Assembly (NCBI GenBank): GCA_035573955.1
Contig: DATLZO010000018.1
Coordinates: forward strand, 1-45,379
Source: Minisyncoccota bacterium
GTDB taxonomy: Bacteria > Patescibacteriota > Minisyncoccia > UBA6257 > GWB1-50-10
DNA: 45,379 nt
Direction of reading: 5' to 3'
Of this stretch, positions 7,799 through 17,103 are shown piece by piece; the first letter of the stretch is position 1, and each line of letters opens with the position of its first letter. The notes beneath the pieces are model-generated. The model saw nothing but the letters and a program-made list of their open reading frames with translations, did no database searches and was not told where the DNA came from. Position numbers and translations under genes: made by a program.

Positions 7799-9455
7799 AA
7801 CCAGTTCGGGCAAACTGCTTGCCGCCGCGCTGATTGTCTTTTTCATTAGCGGTTCAATTCCTCTCAAAACAAAGGCTCAATCGGAGAGAGTCCTTGCCCA
7901 ATGCGCCCAGGAAATTTTTGGCATCAATGTATCTTCTTTGACAGGAAACATCAGTGTAGATCCTTCCAGTATTCTTGGGGGAGTGCCAGTAAAAGACGAG
8001 GGAGTTAAGGGGAGGATCGAACAAGCGGAGCAGAAGAAGTGCGTCGACCGATTAATGGATTTAGCCGTAACTATTGCAAGAAACATTCTCAAAAAGCGGA
8101 TTTTAGACACGATCGTTGATCAAACCATTAATTGGATTCAGGGCGAGGGCACACCCCGGTTTGTCACCGACTTCGGCGGATTTATCGAGGATGCTGCCGA
8201 CGCGGCGGCAGGCGACGTCATTCAAGAATTGGGAGCGGGAGCGCTTTGCCAACCTTTCCGAACCCGACTTTTACTCCAGCTTCAAGAGCCGGCGCCGTTT
8301 TCCCAACAGGTCAGCTGTACTCTAAGCAATGTTGTCGATAATATCGAAAACTTCTACGACGATTTTTCCCAAGGAGGTTGGATTGCTTACAACGAGGTTA
8401 TCCGACCTCGGAACAATTATTTCGGCGCATTGATCCTTTCTCTCGATGAAATCTCGACTCGTAGGGCGGCGGCACAGGAAGCCGCCCGCACCGAGGCTAT
8501 TGCCGGCCAGGGTTTCCGTAGTGAAACGGAGTGTCTCCAGTGGACCGGCATGACGCCGGAGGGCGGGGAAGTGGTTGTTGAAGTAGACGATGATTTTCCT
8601 TATCGCAACCCTTTGGTGCCTCCGCCAACCGACGGTTTCCGGTTAGACCCCGGTTTTCCCTGGCGATGCACAAAGCAGACGGTTACCACCCCCGGCAACG
8701 TGATTGCCGCGACCACAAATCAAACTCTTGGTCTTCATTCCAATTTTATTATTAACGCCGACGACCTTACCGAATACGCCGCGGCGATAATTGATGCCGG
8801 CATCAACCGGTTGATAAGAGAGGGGGTTGGCGGCTTGCGGCGAATAACAACCCAGGCGACAAGCCGGGGTTTCTCGAGCGAGGAAGACCTGCCTGGTAAT
8901 TTGAGGGAGGCGGGAAGAGGTTACACCAGCGATTCGGAAAATCAGCGTTTGGGCCAAACAAGGACGAGCATTCTTAATAATCTTTCGGATACCTTAACCC
9001 GCCTTGAAGGAGCAAGAACTAATTACCAGGATGTGAAAGAAGCGTTCGACGAACTTGAGCTCCTTGGCGGGCTTTTCAAAACGTGGTGCGACAACACGAC
9101 CGGCGGAGCGCAAAACCGGACTCTCCACCCGACAACCTGCGAGAGTTACACTGACGCGACGCTTACGGCCTTGAACCAAAGAGCGAGTTCGACAAAGGGA
9201 TTGGTTGACGAAAAACTTGAAGAAATCGATCCCTTAATGAATAGAATCTCCGCTCTTATTCCGCAAATCCAAAACCTCAACACCTCAAACGCCGACGCTC
9301 TCGCCACCCAGGCGACTAATCTTCTCCAAGAAGCTTCGGCTATTATCAATGATTCTGTCTCCCTAGTTGAAGAAATCCAAACCGAGGTCGAGAATACCCG
9401 GGCGCTACTTTCAAGCTGCCAGAGTTCTACGCCCTCTCCCGGAAGTTGTCCTTGA
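7779..9455 (+). CDS. Large exported protein with Cys pairs and a coiled-coil C-terminus; candidate VirB5/TrbJ-position subunit
   Basis: Signal peptide, GVPVKD, IVDQTINWIQG..TPRFVTD, ALCQPF, VSCTL and TTPG, with long helical repeats at the C-terminus. Lies directly upstream of the VirB6-like gene. The function call is inference. Confidence 0.7.
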   Translation: MNRSNLKTSSGKLLAAALIVFFISGSIPLKTKAQSERVLAQCAQEIFGINVSSLTGNISVDPSSILGGVPVKDEGVKGRIEQAEQKKCVDRLMDLAVTIARNILKKRILDTIVDQTINWIQGEGTPRFVTDFGGFIEDAADAAAGDVIQELGAGALCQPFRTRLLLQLQEPAPFSQQVSCTLSNVVDNIENFYDDFSQGGWIAYNEVIRPRNNYFGALILSLDEISTRRAAAQEAARTEAIAGQGFRSETECLQWTGMTPEGGEVVVEVDDDFPYRNPLVPPPTDGFRLDPGFPWRCTKQTVTTPGNVIAATTNQTLGLHSNFIINADDLTEYAAAIIDAGINRLIREGVGGLRRITTQATSRGFSSEEDLPGNLREAGRGYTSDSENQRLGQTRTSILNNLSDTLTRLEGARTNYQDVKEAFDELELLGGLFKTWCDNTTGGAQNRTLHPTTCESYTDATLTALNQRASSTKGLVDEKLEEIDPLMNRISALIPQIQNLNTSNADALATQATNLLQEASAIINDSVSLVEEIQTEVENTRALLSSCQSSTPSPGSCP

Positions 9456-9457
9456 TC

Positions 9458-11002
9458 ATGAAGATTAACAAGAAACTGGTCTTGTGGGGAACGGTCGCGA
9501 TTATCTTTTTATTGGTACCTTTTCAAACTCACGCACAAGCAGGGTCTCTTGCGCGTAGTGTTGTTAACTCTCTAATCGATTTTACTGCCACTGCCGTTGG
9601 AAAACTGTTCTACGTCGCCGCCTGGATTTTCAGCTTTATCGGCGGCCTGTTCTTTGCCCTCGGCGCTTTCTTTACCAGGATCGGTTTGGAAATGAACTTC
9701 AGATTAATGTCGCCCGAAAACACTCTCCTCACAATCGGGTGGAAAATTGTGCGGGATATGGCTAATCTCGGCTTCGTCTTGATGATAATAGTGATAGCCA
9801 TCGCCACCATCATCCGCTACGAATCCTACGGCAACAAAAAAATACTGACGAAACTCATCGCGGCGGCGATTCTCGTGAACTTCAGTTTGACAATCGCCGG
9901 CATCTTCATTGATTTCTCCCACGTTCTCACAAAATTTTTCTTCCAAAAAATTTCGACCAATCCTGCCGAAATTGCTTCCACTCTTGCCGGCGCCTTCAAC
10001 CCCCAAAAATTTTTTACCCCTCCTCCGTCCGATGCCAGAGACGCCGACATTCGTGGACCAAACCCGTTGGAAGCGCTGGCCGTCAGTTCCGCTTCCTTGG
10101 TTTTCGTGGTTGTTTTCACGGCTTTGGGAGCTCTCACAATGTTTGCCACCGCCGCAATGCTCTTTTTAAGATATTTATGGCTCACGTTCCTTATTATCCT
10201 CTCGCCGATCGTCTGGCTTTTTTGGGTGATTCCCGCCCTGGAAGGGCAGTGGAAAAAATGGTGGGATAAATTTTTCCAGTGGGTTTTCTTTGCGCCGGCA
10301 ATTTCATTTTTCATCTATCTCGCCTTGCTTAGCGCGGAGGGTTTGAGGCAGACGGATCCAATCTACAACGCCGGAAATATCTTCGGCGGCATCACGGGAA
10401 TAGTGGCGACAGTCGCCTCAACTGGCGCCCAAATGACGGTTCTTGTGGGCATCCTGCTCGGCGGTTTAATTGCCGCGCAGAAAATGGGGATTACTGGAGC
10501 TACGGCAGCTGTCAAAGGAGCAACTAGTATGCTTAGTGGAGTAAAGGATTGGGCCAGTTACAGGACTGGAGCGGCTTTCAAGGGTAGTAGAGCCGCCGGT
10601 TTTGTCTCAAAAGCGGCTACAGGCCTACAAAAATTCAGCAACTGGAAACCTCAGGGTAAATTTGCAAGATACGCATCCGCACCATTTAGAGCCCCGCTCC
10701 AAGGCCTAGCGGGCGGATTAGCCACTCTAGCCCAAGGTCCTAAAGCTAAAGGAAAACCAACAACACTTGCTGGTTTCATGCTGAAAGGCGCCTTGACCGG
10801 CTCCGGACTATGGAAAAAACCCAGCAAGAAGGCGAGAGGCAAAACAGCATCTGGAGAAGACGTGGAAATCGATTTGCCCGAAGAAGAGGGGGGTGAAGAA
10901 GAAGGAGATAGCAAACCAGCTACAACACCACAACCGAAATCACCCTTACAGGAAATTGATACAGAAAGAGAACAACACGGTGAAAGGCAAATTAACCTAT
11001 GA
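9458..11002 (+). CDS. VirB6/TrbL-like polytopic membrane protein
   Basis: Likely ATG at 9458. Several TM helices with GWKIVRDMANLGFVL, LIAAAILVNFSL, LRYLWLTFLIILSPIVWL and WKKWWDKFFQWVFFAP, the typical VirB6-like core. Basic/acidic low-complexity tail. Confidence 0.75.
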   Translation: MKINKKLVLWGTVAIIFLLVPFQTHAQAGSLARSVVNSLIDFTATAVGKLFYVAAWIFSFIGGLFFALGAFFTRIGLEMNFRLMSPENTLLTIGWKIVRDMANLGFVLMIIVIAIATIIRYESYGNKKILTKLIAAAILVNFSLTIAGIFIDFSHVLTKFFFQKISTNPAEIASTLAGAFNPQKFFTPPPSDARDADIRGPNPLEALAVSSASLVFVVVFTALGALTMFATAAMLFLRYLWLTFLIILSPIVWLFWVIPALEGQWKKWWDKFFQWVFFAPAISFFIYLALLSAEGLRQTDPIYNAGNIFGGITGIVATVASTGAQMTVLVGILLGGLIAAQKMGITGATAAVKGATSMLSGVKDWASYRTGAAFKGSRAAGFVSKAATGLQKFSNWKPQGKFARYASAPFRAPLQGLAGGLATLAQGPKAKGKPTTLAGFMLKGALTGSGLWKKPSKKARGKTASGEDVEIDLPEEEGGEEEGDSKPATTPQPKSPLQEIDTEREQHGERQINL

Positions 11003-11946
11003 TCGATTATTTCTTAATAGACGAGAAAAAAATAAGAGAGAGAGCACAATCAGTGCCGAAAACAATCGAGGTTCTTTTGAATTCCGAAAACACCCAAAAA
11101 ACGGTCCAAAGAATAGCGCGTGAGCATTTTCTCGACGAAGAAAGAACCACGACCCTCAGCCAACTAACGGGGCTTGTGCTCTTGGGTTTTGTCTCTTTAG
11201 AAGATCTTGCTCACGAGATAAGCGAAAACCTTCCCTTAAATCAGGTTCATTCGCGGCAACTCACTGAAGATTTAAAAGCAGCGATCTTTGAACCTATAAA
11301 AAGAGATTTAGAAAGAGTATACGAACCGGTAAGTAGGTTTGAAACAAAAGAATTTGTTCCGGTACCAGAAAAAAAAGAATTTATCGCGGATGAAAAAACA
11401 CCATTGGAAAAGATCGGCCAGGAGGGAATTAAAACAGCAATAAAAATTGAAGTAAGAGAAAAAGAACCTCCAATCGAAGGAGCGCCGCTCATCATCCACA
11501 AAGAGGATAGCATGCCCGCGCCGGTGCAAACGGAGAAAAAATCTTTCAAAGGCTTGGAGTTCCCGTTCGGTTTTTTCGGAAAGGAATCCAAATCCGCTCC
11601 CTCCGAACCAGTAAAGGTCCGGGTGGAAGGACCGACAAGCCGCTCGAAGGAGCTGCATGTCAAAAAAGAAGAGAAAAAAGTCGTCCATTACAGCGAGCTC
11701 CGAACCCCCCTTACTCCTTTCCAGAAAGCGGGTGACGAAATAATAAACCTGGAAACCTTCGACCGAAAACCCGCCGGAGTCATAATACCAATACCCGAGG
11801 AAGAACCGGCGAAGGAGGTTCCGATAAAACCCGTCGCGGAAACAACGAGGTTACCGATAGAAACCGATCCGGGGCCGCCGAAAAACTCACCGGAGCCTAA
11901 ACCCGAACCTAAAATAGAAGGTAACATCGTTGACCTAAGACAGTAA
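10999..11946 (+). CDS. Cytoplasmic hypothetical protein (helical N-domain, disordered Pro/Glu/Lys-rich C-terminus)
   Basis: ATGA overlap with the upstream gene. LTGLVLLG...EDL..EI...L.L...L..D....IF.PIK pattern; no TM helix. Confidence 0.75.
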   Translation: MIDYFLIDEKKIRERAQSVPKTIEVLLNSENTQKTVQRIAREHFLDEERTTTLSQLTGLVLLGFVSLEDLAHEISENLPLNQVHSRQLTEDLKAAIFEPIKRDLERVYEPVSRFETKEFVPVPEKKEFIADEKTPLEKIGQEGIKTAIKIEVREKEPPIEGAPLIIHKEDSMPAPVQTEKKSFKGLEFPFGFFGKESKSAPSEPVKVRVEGPTSRSKELHVKKEEKKVVHYSELRTPLTPFQKAGDEIINLETFDRKPAGVIIPIPEEEPAKEVPIKPVAETTRLPIETDPGPPKNSPEPKPEPKIEGNIVDLRQ

Positions 11947-11948
11947 CA

Positions 11949-12443
11949 ATGTCAACCTTCCAAGTCCCCCAATTCATAGAACAAAAGGCAAGAATAGTCG
12001 GGCCCCTCACGCTCGAGCAGTTCCTATATATGGCGGTTGCCGGCGCCCTAAGTTTTATTTCTTATTACATCTTCAACTTTCTTTTCTGGTTCATGATAAG
12101 CGCCGTCATGTTCATTATTGCAATCGGTCTCGCGTTCGTGAAAATAAACGGCCAAAGCCTGCCGCAGGTCTTGAAAGCAGGCTTCTTATATGTTTGGAAT
12201 CCGCGAACTTACACCTGGCAACGGGCAGTGAAAATCGATAAAACCGACCTATCCGAATTGGAAAAACTGGAGGAGATTAGAAACCGGATAGGTTTCCAAC
12301 AAAAATTGAAATCGATCGCCCAAAACATCGCGACCGGCAAGATATTCTCTCCGAAGAAGCTGCGCGAGGAAGAAGGGGAACAATTCCAGGTCGTAACCCG
12401 ATTAACGGGGGAAAAAGAAGTAGCCAAACGAGTCAATTACTAA
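11949..12443 (+). CDS. PrgI family (VirB3-like) membrane protein
   Basis: FQVPQFIEQKARIVGPLTLEQF followed by two TM helices, then KINGQSL...YVWNPRTYTW. Lies upstream of the VirB4-like gene. Confidence 0.85.
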   Translation: MSTFQVPQFIEQKARIVGPLTLEQFLYMAVAGALSFISYYIFNFLFWFMISAVMFIIAIGLAFVKINGQSLPQVLKAGFLYVWNPRTYTWQRAVKIDKTDLSELEKLEEIRNRIGFQQKLKSIAQNIATGKIFSPKKLREEEGEQFQVVTRLTGEKEVAKRVNY

Positions 12444-12456
12444 TAAGATTATTAAA

Positions 12457-13104
12457 ATGCCGGAGGTTTCATTACCAACACAAAAATTCGTAGAGGTCGC
12501 CGATATCAAAAACGGCGTGGTTTACCTCAAGAGGGGTGGCCTGCGCAAGGTGCTGATAGTAGGTGGCATCAATTTCGACCTCAAATCCGAGGCCGAACAA
12601 AACCTCATTCTCCAAAGCTTCCAGAATTTTTTGAACACGCTCGATTTCGGCGTCCAGTTCTTCATTCACTCGCGAAAAATCAACATCAATGAATACCTCG
12701 AAAAATTGAGGGCGCGGAAAGAGGAAGAACAAAACGAGCTGCTCAAAGTCCAAATCGAAGACTATGCCGAGTTTATCAGGGCGTTCGTTGAAGAAAATTC
12801 TATCATCAGCAAAGATTTCTTTGTGGTCGTCCCATACGACCCGATCACCGTTGCCGCCCAAGCCAAGGGCTTACTTGGCCTTTTTAAGAAGGCGCCGACA
12901 AAAAAAGAGGAGACAGCCAAAGAAGAAAGAGATAGAAAAAATATCGAGGAATTGGAACAACGCGCAAATGAAGTCGTTAGCGGTCTTGAGCAAATAGGCC
13001 TCCGGGCAACGGCTCTCGAAGACGAGGAATTAATTGAACTCTTCTACAACCTTTACAACCCCCAACTCGTAGAGAAAAAAGATCTGGAGATAGCAAAAAA
13101 ATAA
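12457..13104 (+). CDS. TrsD/TraC-like accessory protein of the VirB4 module
   Basis: GINFDLKSEAEQ...FQNFLNTLDF.VQFFI.SRK, DFFVVVPY and ELFYNLYNP. Sits between prgI and virB4, 1 nt before the virB4 start. Confidence 0.7.
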   Translation: MPEVSLPTQKFVEVADIKNGVVYLKRGGLRKVLIVGGINFDLKSEAEQNLILQSFQNFLNTLDFGVQFFIHSRKININEYLEKLRARKEEEQNELLKVQIEDYAEFIRAFVEENSIISKDFFVVVPYDPITVAAQAKGLLGLFKKAPTKKEETAKEERDRKNIEELEQRANEVVSGLEQIGLRATALEDEELIELFYNLYNPQLVEKKDLEIAKK

Positions 13105-13105
13105 A

Positions 13106-14869
13106 ATGGAATACGATACCGACAAGATAAAAATTACCAAACCCTACACGCCGGGCGAGGAAGATATCCCGAACGTCATCGCACCGGCCGGGATGGAGGT
13201 AAATTCCAACTACCTGAAAATCGGTGACTATTTCGCGAAGACTTTTTTCGTCTTCACTTACCCTCGTTACGTCGCGAGCGGCTGGTTCTCGCCGGTCATC
13301 AATCTCGCCGAGATGATGGATATTTCAATTATCATCCATCCGATGGACACGGCACTCGCCTTAAAAAACCTCCGAAAGAAAGTGGCACAAGTGGAAGCGG
13401 AAATTGCCGAGAAACAGGAGAAAGGGCTTGTGCGCGACCCGATACTCGAAACAGCCTATCAGGATATCGAGAACCTCCGCGACGCCCTCCAACAAGCTCG
13501 GGAAAAACTTTTCGAAGTCGGCGTTTATATAACTATCTACAGCTCGAATCTGGAGAACTTGAATAAACTTGAGAAAACACTGGAAAATCTCCTCGAGAGC
13601 AAGTTGGTCTACATAAAACCTGCTCTCTTCCGGCATCTCGAAGGCTTCAATTCGGTGCTTCCCATCGCCCAAGACAGCCTTGGTGTCCGGACCCCATTGA
13701 ATTCGAGCCCCACCTCGTCGCTTTTCCCTTTCATCTCGCCGGATCTCACCTCTGACAAGGGCATCCTCTACGGCGTGAACCTCCACAACAATTCTCTCGT
13801 CATCTTCGACCGCTTTTCTCTCGAGAACGCAAACAGCGTCGTTTTCGCTAAATCCGGCAGCGGCAAATCATACACCACAAAACTCGAGATAATTCGATCA
13901 TTAATGATGGGCACGAACGTTATCGTCATTGACCCCGAGAATGAGTACGAGAACCTAGCGAACGCCGTGGGGGGGAGTTACTTCCGGATATCTCTCACCT
14001 CCCAGAACCACGTTAATCCCTTTGATATCCCCATCATCCCGCAAGGCGAGGAGCCGGCTGACGTCTTCAAATCGCACATCTTGAACCTCGCCGGTCTCGT
14101 AAAACTCATGCTCGGGGAAGTGACGCCCGAGGAAGACGCCATTTTGGACCGTGTTATCACCGAAACCTATGCCTCGCGCGACATCACCGCCGAAAATTTC
14201 GGCAAGATTGTGGAGCTCCGCCCGCTGCTCCTTGAAGATCTCCAGACCATTCTTCAAAACACCGAGGGCGGTCGGACGCTCGGAAACCGGCTCGATAAAT
14301 TTACTCATGGTTCCTACGCCGGTTTTACCAACGCGCCGACGAACGTTGATATCAAGAACCGCCTGATCGTCTTTTCCATCCGGGATCTGGAGGAAGAACT
14401 GCGGCCAATTGCAATGTATATCGTCCTCAATTTCGTCTGGAATCTGGTGAGAGGAGAACTTAGGCGGCGACTCCTTATAATCGATGAGGCTTGGTGGATG
14501 ATGAAATACAAGGATTCGGCATCTTTCCTTTTCGGTCTCGTGAAAAGGGCGAGAAAGTACTTTCTGGGCGTCACTACTATTACCCAAGACGTGGAAGATT
14601 TCTTGAGATCCGATTACGGCCGGCCCATTGTCACCAACTCCTCGCTCCAACTGCTGATGAAGCAGTCGCCAACTTCGATAAACTCGGTGGCCCAGGCTTT
14701 TAACTTGACCGAGGGTGAGAAAACTTTTCTTCTGGAATCGGCAGTCGGCGAGGGGCTTTTCTTTGCAGGATTAAAGCATGTGGCCATTAAAGTCATTGCT
14801 TCCTACACCGAGGACCAGATCATTACCACCAACCCGGAGCAGATACTGGAACAAAAGGGGTTAAAATAA
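13106..14869 (+). CDS. virB4: VirB4/TrsE-like conjugation/T4SS ATPase
   Basis: GILYGVN, DRFSLENANSVVF, Walker A AKSGSGKS, VIVIDPENEY, Walker B LLIIDEAW, KRARKY, TITQDVEDF and GEGLFF. Confidence 0.9.
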   Translation: MEYDTDKIKITKPYTPGEEDIPNVIAPAGMEVNSNYLKIGDYFAKTFFVFTYPRYVASGWFSPVINLAEMMDISIIIHPMDTALALKNLRKKVAQVEAEIAEKQEKGLVRDPILETAYQDIENLRDALQQAREKLFEVGVYITIYSSNLENLNKLEKTLENLLESKLVYIKPALFRHLEGFNSVLPIAQDSLGVRTPLNSSPTSSLFPFISPDLTSDKGILYGVNLHNNSLVIFDRFSLENANSVVFAKSGSGKSYTTKLEIIRSLMMGTNVIVIDPENEYENLANAVGGSYFRISLTSQNHVNPFDIPIIPQGEEPADVFKSHILNLAGLVKLMLGEVTPEEDAILDRVITETYASRDITAENFGKIVELRPLLLEDLQTILQNTEGGRTLGNRLDKFTHGSYAGFTNAPTNVDIKNRLIVFSIRDLEEELRPIAMYIVLNFVWNLVRGELRRRLLIIDEAWWMMKYKDSASFLFGLVKRARKYFLGVTTITQDVEDFLRSDYGRPIVTNSSLQLLMKQSPTSINSVAQAFNLTEGEKTFLLESAVGEGLFFAGLKHVAIKVIASYTEDQIITTNPEQILEQKGLK

Positions 14870-14873
14870 GGAT

Positions 14874-15254
14874 ATGGAGGACAAGAACAATAAAATCAGC
14901 GAGAGTGAGATGATAGTAATCGGCGGATTGATGTTTCTCACCGATGGTATTTGCCTCCTTATAGATTTCACCGTGGTGGGTCCGGCCTTCACTCCCGTCA
15001 TCCAAAGCGCGGCGACTTTCACGAGCGCCTGGTGGTTTAGTATGAAGGGCGATTCAAGCGCCTTTAATTTTGGGAAAATGGGGGCGCAGTTAGGCGCCAA
15101 CATCCTGCCGTGGCTCCCGACCCTCACCGTAGCTTTCGCCATTAATACTTTCACATTCAACCATCCTCGACTTACTAAAACTGTCGGTACCGTCGTAGGG
15201 AAAATCAAACCGTCGGCCGGAACCGCAGTTAAAATATTAAAGAAAGCGGCATGA
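14874..15254 (+). CDS. Small membrane protein (T4SS-like operon)
   Basis: 126 aa with two to three hydrophobic segments (..ILPWLPTLTVAF..). ATGA overlap with the next gene. Confidence 0.7.
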   Translation: MEDKNNKISESEMIVIGGLMFLTDGICLLIDFTVVGPAFTPVIQSAATFTSAWWFSMKGDSSAFNFGKMGAQLGANILPWLPTLTVAFAINTFTFNHPRLTKTVGTVVGKIKPSAGTAVKILKKAA

Positions 15255-15934
15255 GAAAATTTTCACAACTCCTAACAATTATTGTCACGGTATTGGCTGT
15301 TGGTTATTGGTTATCAACTGCCCGCGCTCAGTCGCCGACCCAAGTCATTATTACCTGGCAAGCCATAAACTTCTATCCGGCCGACTACAAAGGCAAGGCG
15401 GCGGTAACGCCGAGAACGCCGGTTGCGGTCGCGGCTGAAGTTTTAAAAAACGGAAAATTACTTGACTTGAAAAAATCAAATTTCACCTGGCTTCTCGACG
15501 AAAAACTTCTGGGTCGGGGCGAAGGATTGAAAGAAACATCGTTTACAGCGAAAAAGCCCGCTGGTGATAGCCACCTTCTCCGTTTGACGGTCAAATTTGA
15601 AAACGAGTCTTTTGAAAAAGCGGTTCGAATTCCGGTGGAACGGCCGCGGGTGGTGGTAAAAACCGGCCTTGCCAAAAACACCGTCGAGCCGGGGGGTAAA
15701 ATAAATCTCGTCGCAATACCCTATTTCTTTAATGTCAGTTCTCTTGATGGACTTAATTTCTCGTGGGAAATAAACGACGAGAAAATAGTCGGTCCTTCCT
15801 CTAATCAACTGACCTTGAATGTTGGTTCGCCGCAGAGCGAATCCCAAAAATCGATAAGAATAACATCGCTTATTCAAAACAGGACCAATATACTGGAATC
15901 GGCCAGTGAGACCGTCCAAATTAAAATGCCTTAA
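15251..15934 (+). CDS. Secreted protein with Ig/PKD-like beta-sandwich domains
   Basis: Signal peptide ending ARA-Q, IITWQA..FYP..YKGKA, FTWLLD, AIPYFF and FSWEIND; alternating beta-strand pattern. Confidence 0.7.
   Translation: MRKFSQLLTIIVTVLAVGYWLSTARAQSPTQVIITWQAINFYPADYKGKAAVTPRTPVAVAAEVLKNGKLLDLKKSNFTWLLDEKLLGRGEGLKETSFTAKKPAGDSHLLRLTVKFENESFEKAVRIPVERPRVVVKTGLAKNTVEPGGKINLVAIPYFFNVSSLDGLNFSWEINDEKIVGPSSNQLTLNVGSPQSESQKSIRITSLIQNRTNILESASETVQIKMP
15291..15318 (+). repeat. Degenerate 7-nt array in a signal-peptide coding region
   Basis: TATTGGC-TGTTGGT-TATTGGT-TATCAAC (VLAVGYWLST). Confidence 0.55.
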
Positions 15935-15936
15935 AA

Positions 15937-17097
15937 ATGAAAAGAAACATTTCCAAAATATGTCTGTTTATTTTGACAATCGCGTTCGTCGGTTTCTTAG
16001 GCAACGTTAACCAAGCCAGAGGATTGGAATTTGACCTCAATTACACGCCGCCTTGCATCGGCGGAGAGGTTGGAGGTAATTGTCCTTCTGATGAGCAAAT
16101 TAGTGGCAGTATTGCCTCCTATATCAAAAGAATCTACATGTTCAGCGTCGGTATCGCCGGAGTGCTTGCGGTCGGAATGATTGTGGTCGGGGCAATTATG
16201 ATCTCCGTTTCGGCCGGTAACCCCGACAAACAGCGGGAAGGCCGCGACTACATCACTTCCGCCCTCTGGGGTGTAGCGCTCCTTTTAGGCTCCTACCTGA
16301 TTTTGAGGACCATCAACCCGCGGTTAGTGAACTTGAGCGAATTGGAAAGAACAACAAGGGAAGCGAGGCAAGTAAGAATATTAACGTACGAGCTGGCCGC
16401 AGGAGCCGCTACAACCACTTGTCCGACTGAAGGCCAAACCGGTTGTTTTTTTAATGAAAATAATGAAGCTTGTCCTTTTGATCTGACAAGTGACGCGGTT
16501 TGTACCTCTTTGGATTCAAGAACATCGGCGTGTGATAACGTTCCGGATACTAATGCCGCAGGTGAAACCCTTTCCCCTTCCCCGCGATACCCCTGCGCTT
16601 GTTGGAATTGCAAAGTTCTAAATACGGCCGACTATCCTGTCAAAACAGGAGCTTGTCCCGGCACTTTGGCAAGGTGCTTCCTAGAAGAGGATACCTTGGA
16701 TGCCTTTAAGGATTTCATTGAAGAATTAAGGGATTTCCCTTCAATCCGGTTGGGTTCAGACGGACCGGGAGTATGGAGGGTAACGGAAGCCTTCCCGCCC
16801 GCCGTACGGCATTCCTCCCTCTCCCACTACAACGGTCGCGGTTTTGACTTCGGCCGGGGCGGAACAAACTTCCCAACATTCCCTTCCCCGACGGACGCGG
16901 GTTTCTGCAATGAGATTCGCCTCATAGCCACGGCGGCGGCCAGGCAATTTAATAGAATTTACATAGAAGCTCTTCCGGACAACTACTGCAGGGATTTGAA
17001 TCCCCCAACCAATCCCATACAGGGATTAACGGGCGTCGAACGACGGACATTTCAGACAACAACTGGTTTTCACATTCATGTGGAAAATCCAAAGTAA
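15937..17097 (+). CDS. VirB2/TrbC-type (T4SS) pilin fused via a Cys-rich linker to a LAS/M15-like zinc peptidase domain
   Basis: Signal peptide. Pilin hairpin YIKRIYMFSVGIAGVLAVGMIVVGAI..SAGNPDK..EGRDYITSALWGVALLLGSYLILRTINP.L. Ten Cys in the linker. C-terminal WRVTEAFPP, H297-x6-D304 (HYNGRGFD) and H379-x-H381 (FHIHVE). Confidence 0.8.
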   Translation: MKRNISKICLFILTIAFVGFLGNVNQARGLEFDLNYTPPCIGGEVGGNCPSDEQISGSIASYIKRIYMFSVGIAGVLAVGMIVVGAIMISVSAGNPDKQREGRDYITSALWGVALLLGSYLILRTINPRLVNLSELERTTREARQVRILTYELAAGAATTTCPTEGQTGCFFNENNEACPFDLTSDAVCTSLDSRTSACDNVPDTNAAGETLSPSPRYPCACWNCKVLNTADYPVKTGACPGTLARCFLEEDTLDAFKDFIEELRDFPSIRLGSDGPGVWRVTEAFPPAVRHSSLSHYNGRGFDFGRGGTNFPTFPSPTDAGFCNEIRLIATAAARQFNRIYIEALPDNYCRDLNPPTNPIQGLTGVERRTFQTTTGFHIHVENPK

Positions 17098-17103
17098 TCA
17101 GCT

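Noticed and set aside
13955-14650. 231-aa minus-strand ORF
   Set aside because: Antisense shadow of virB4 with no recognisable motifs.
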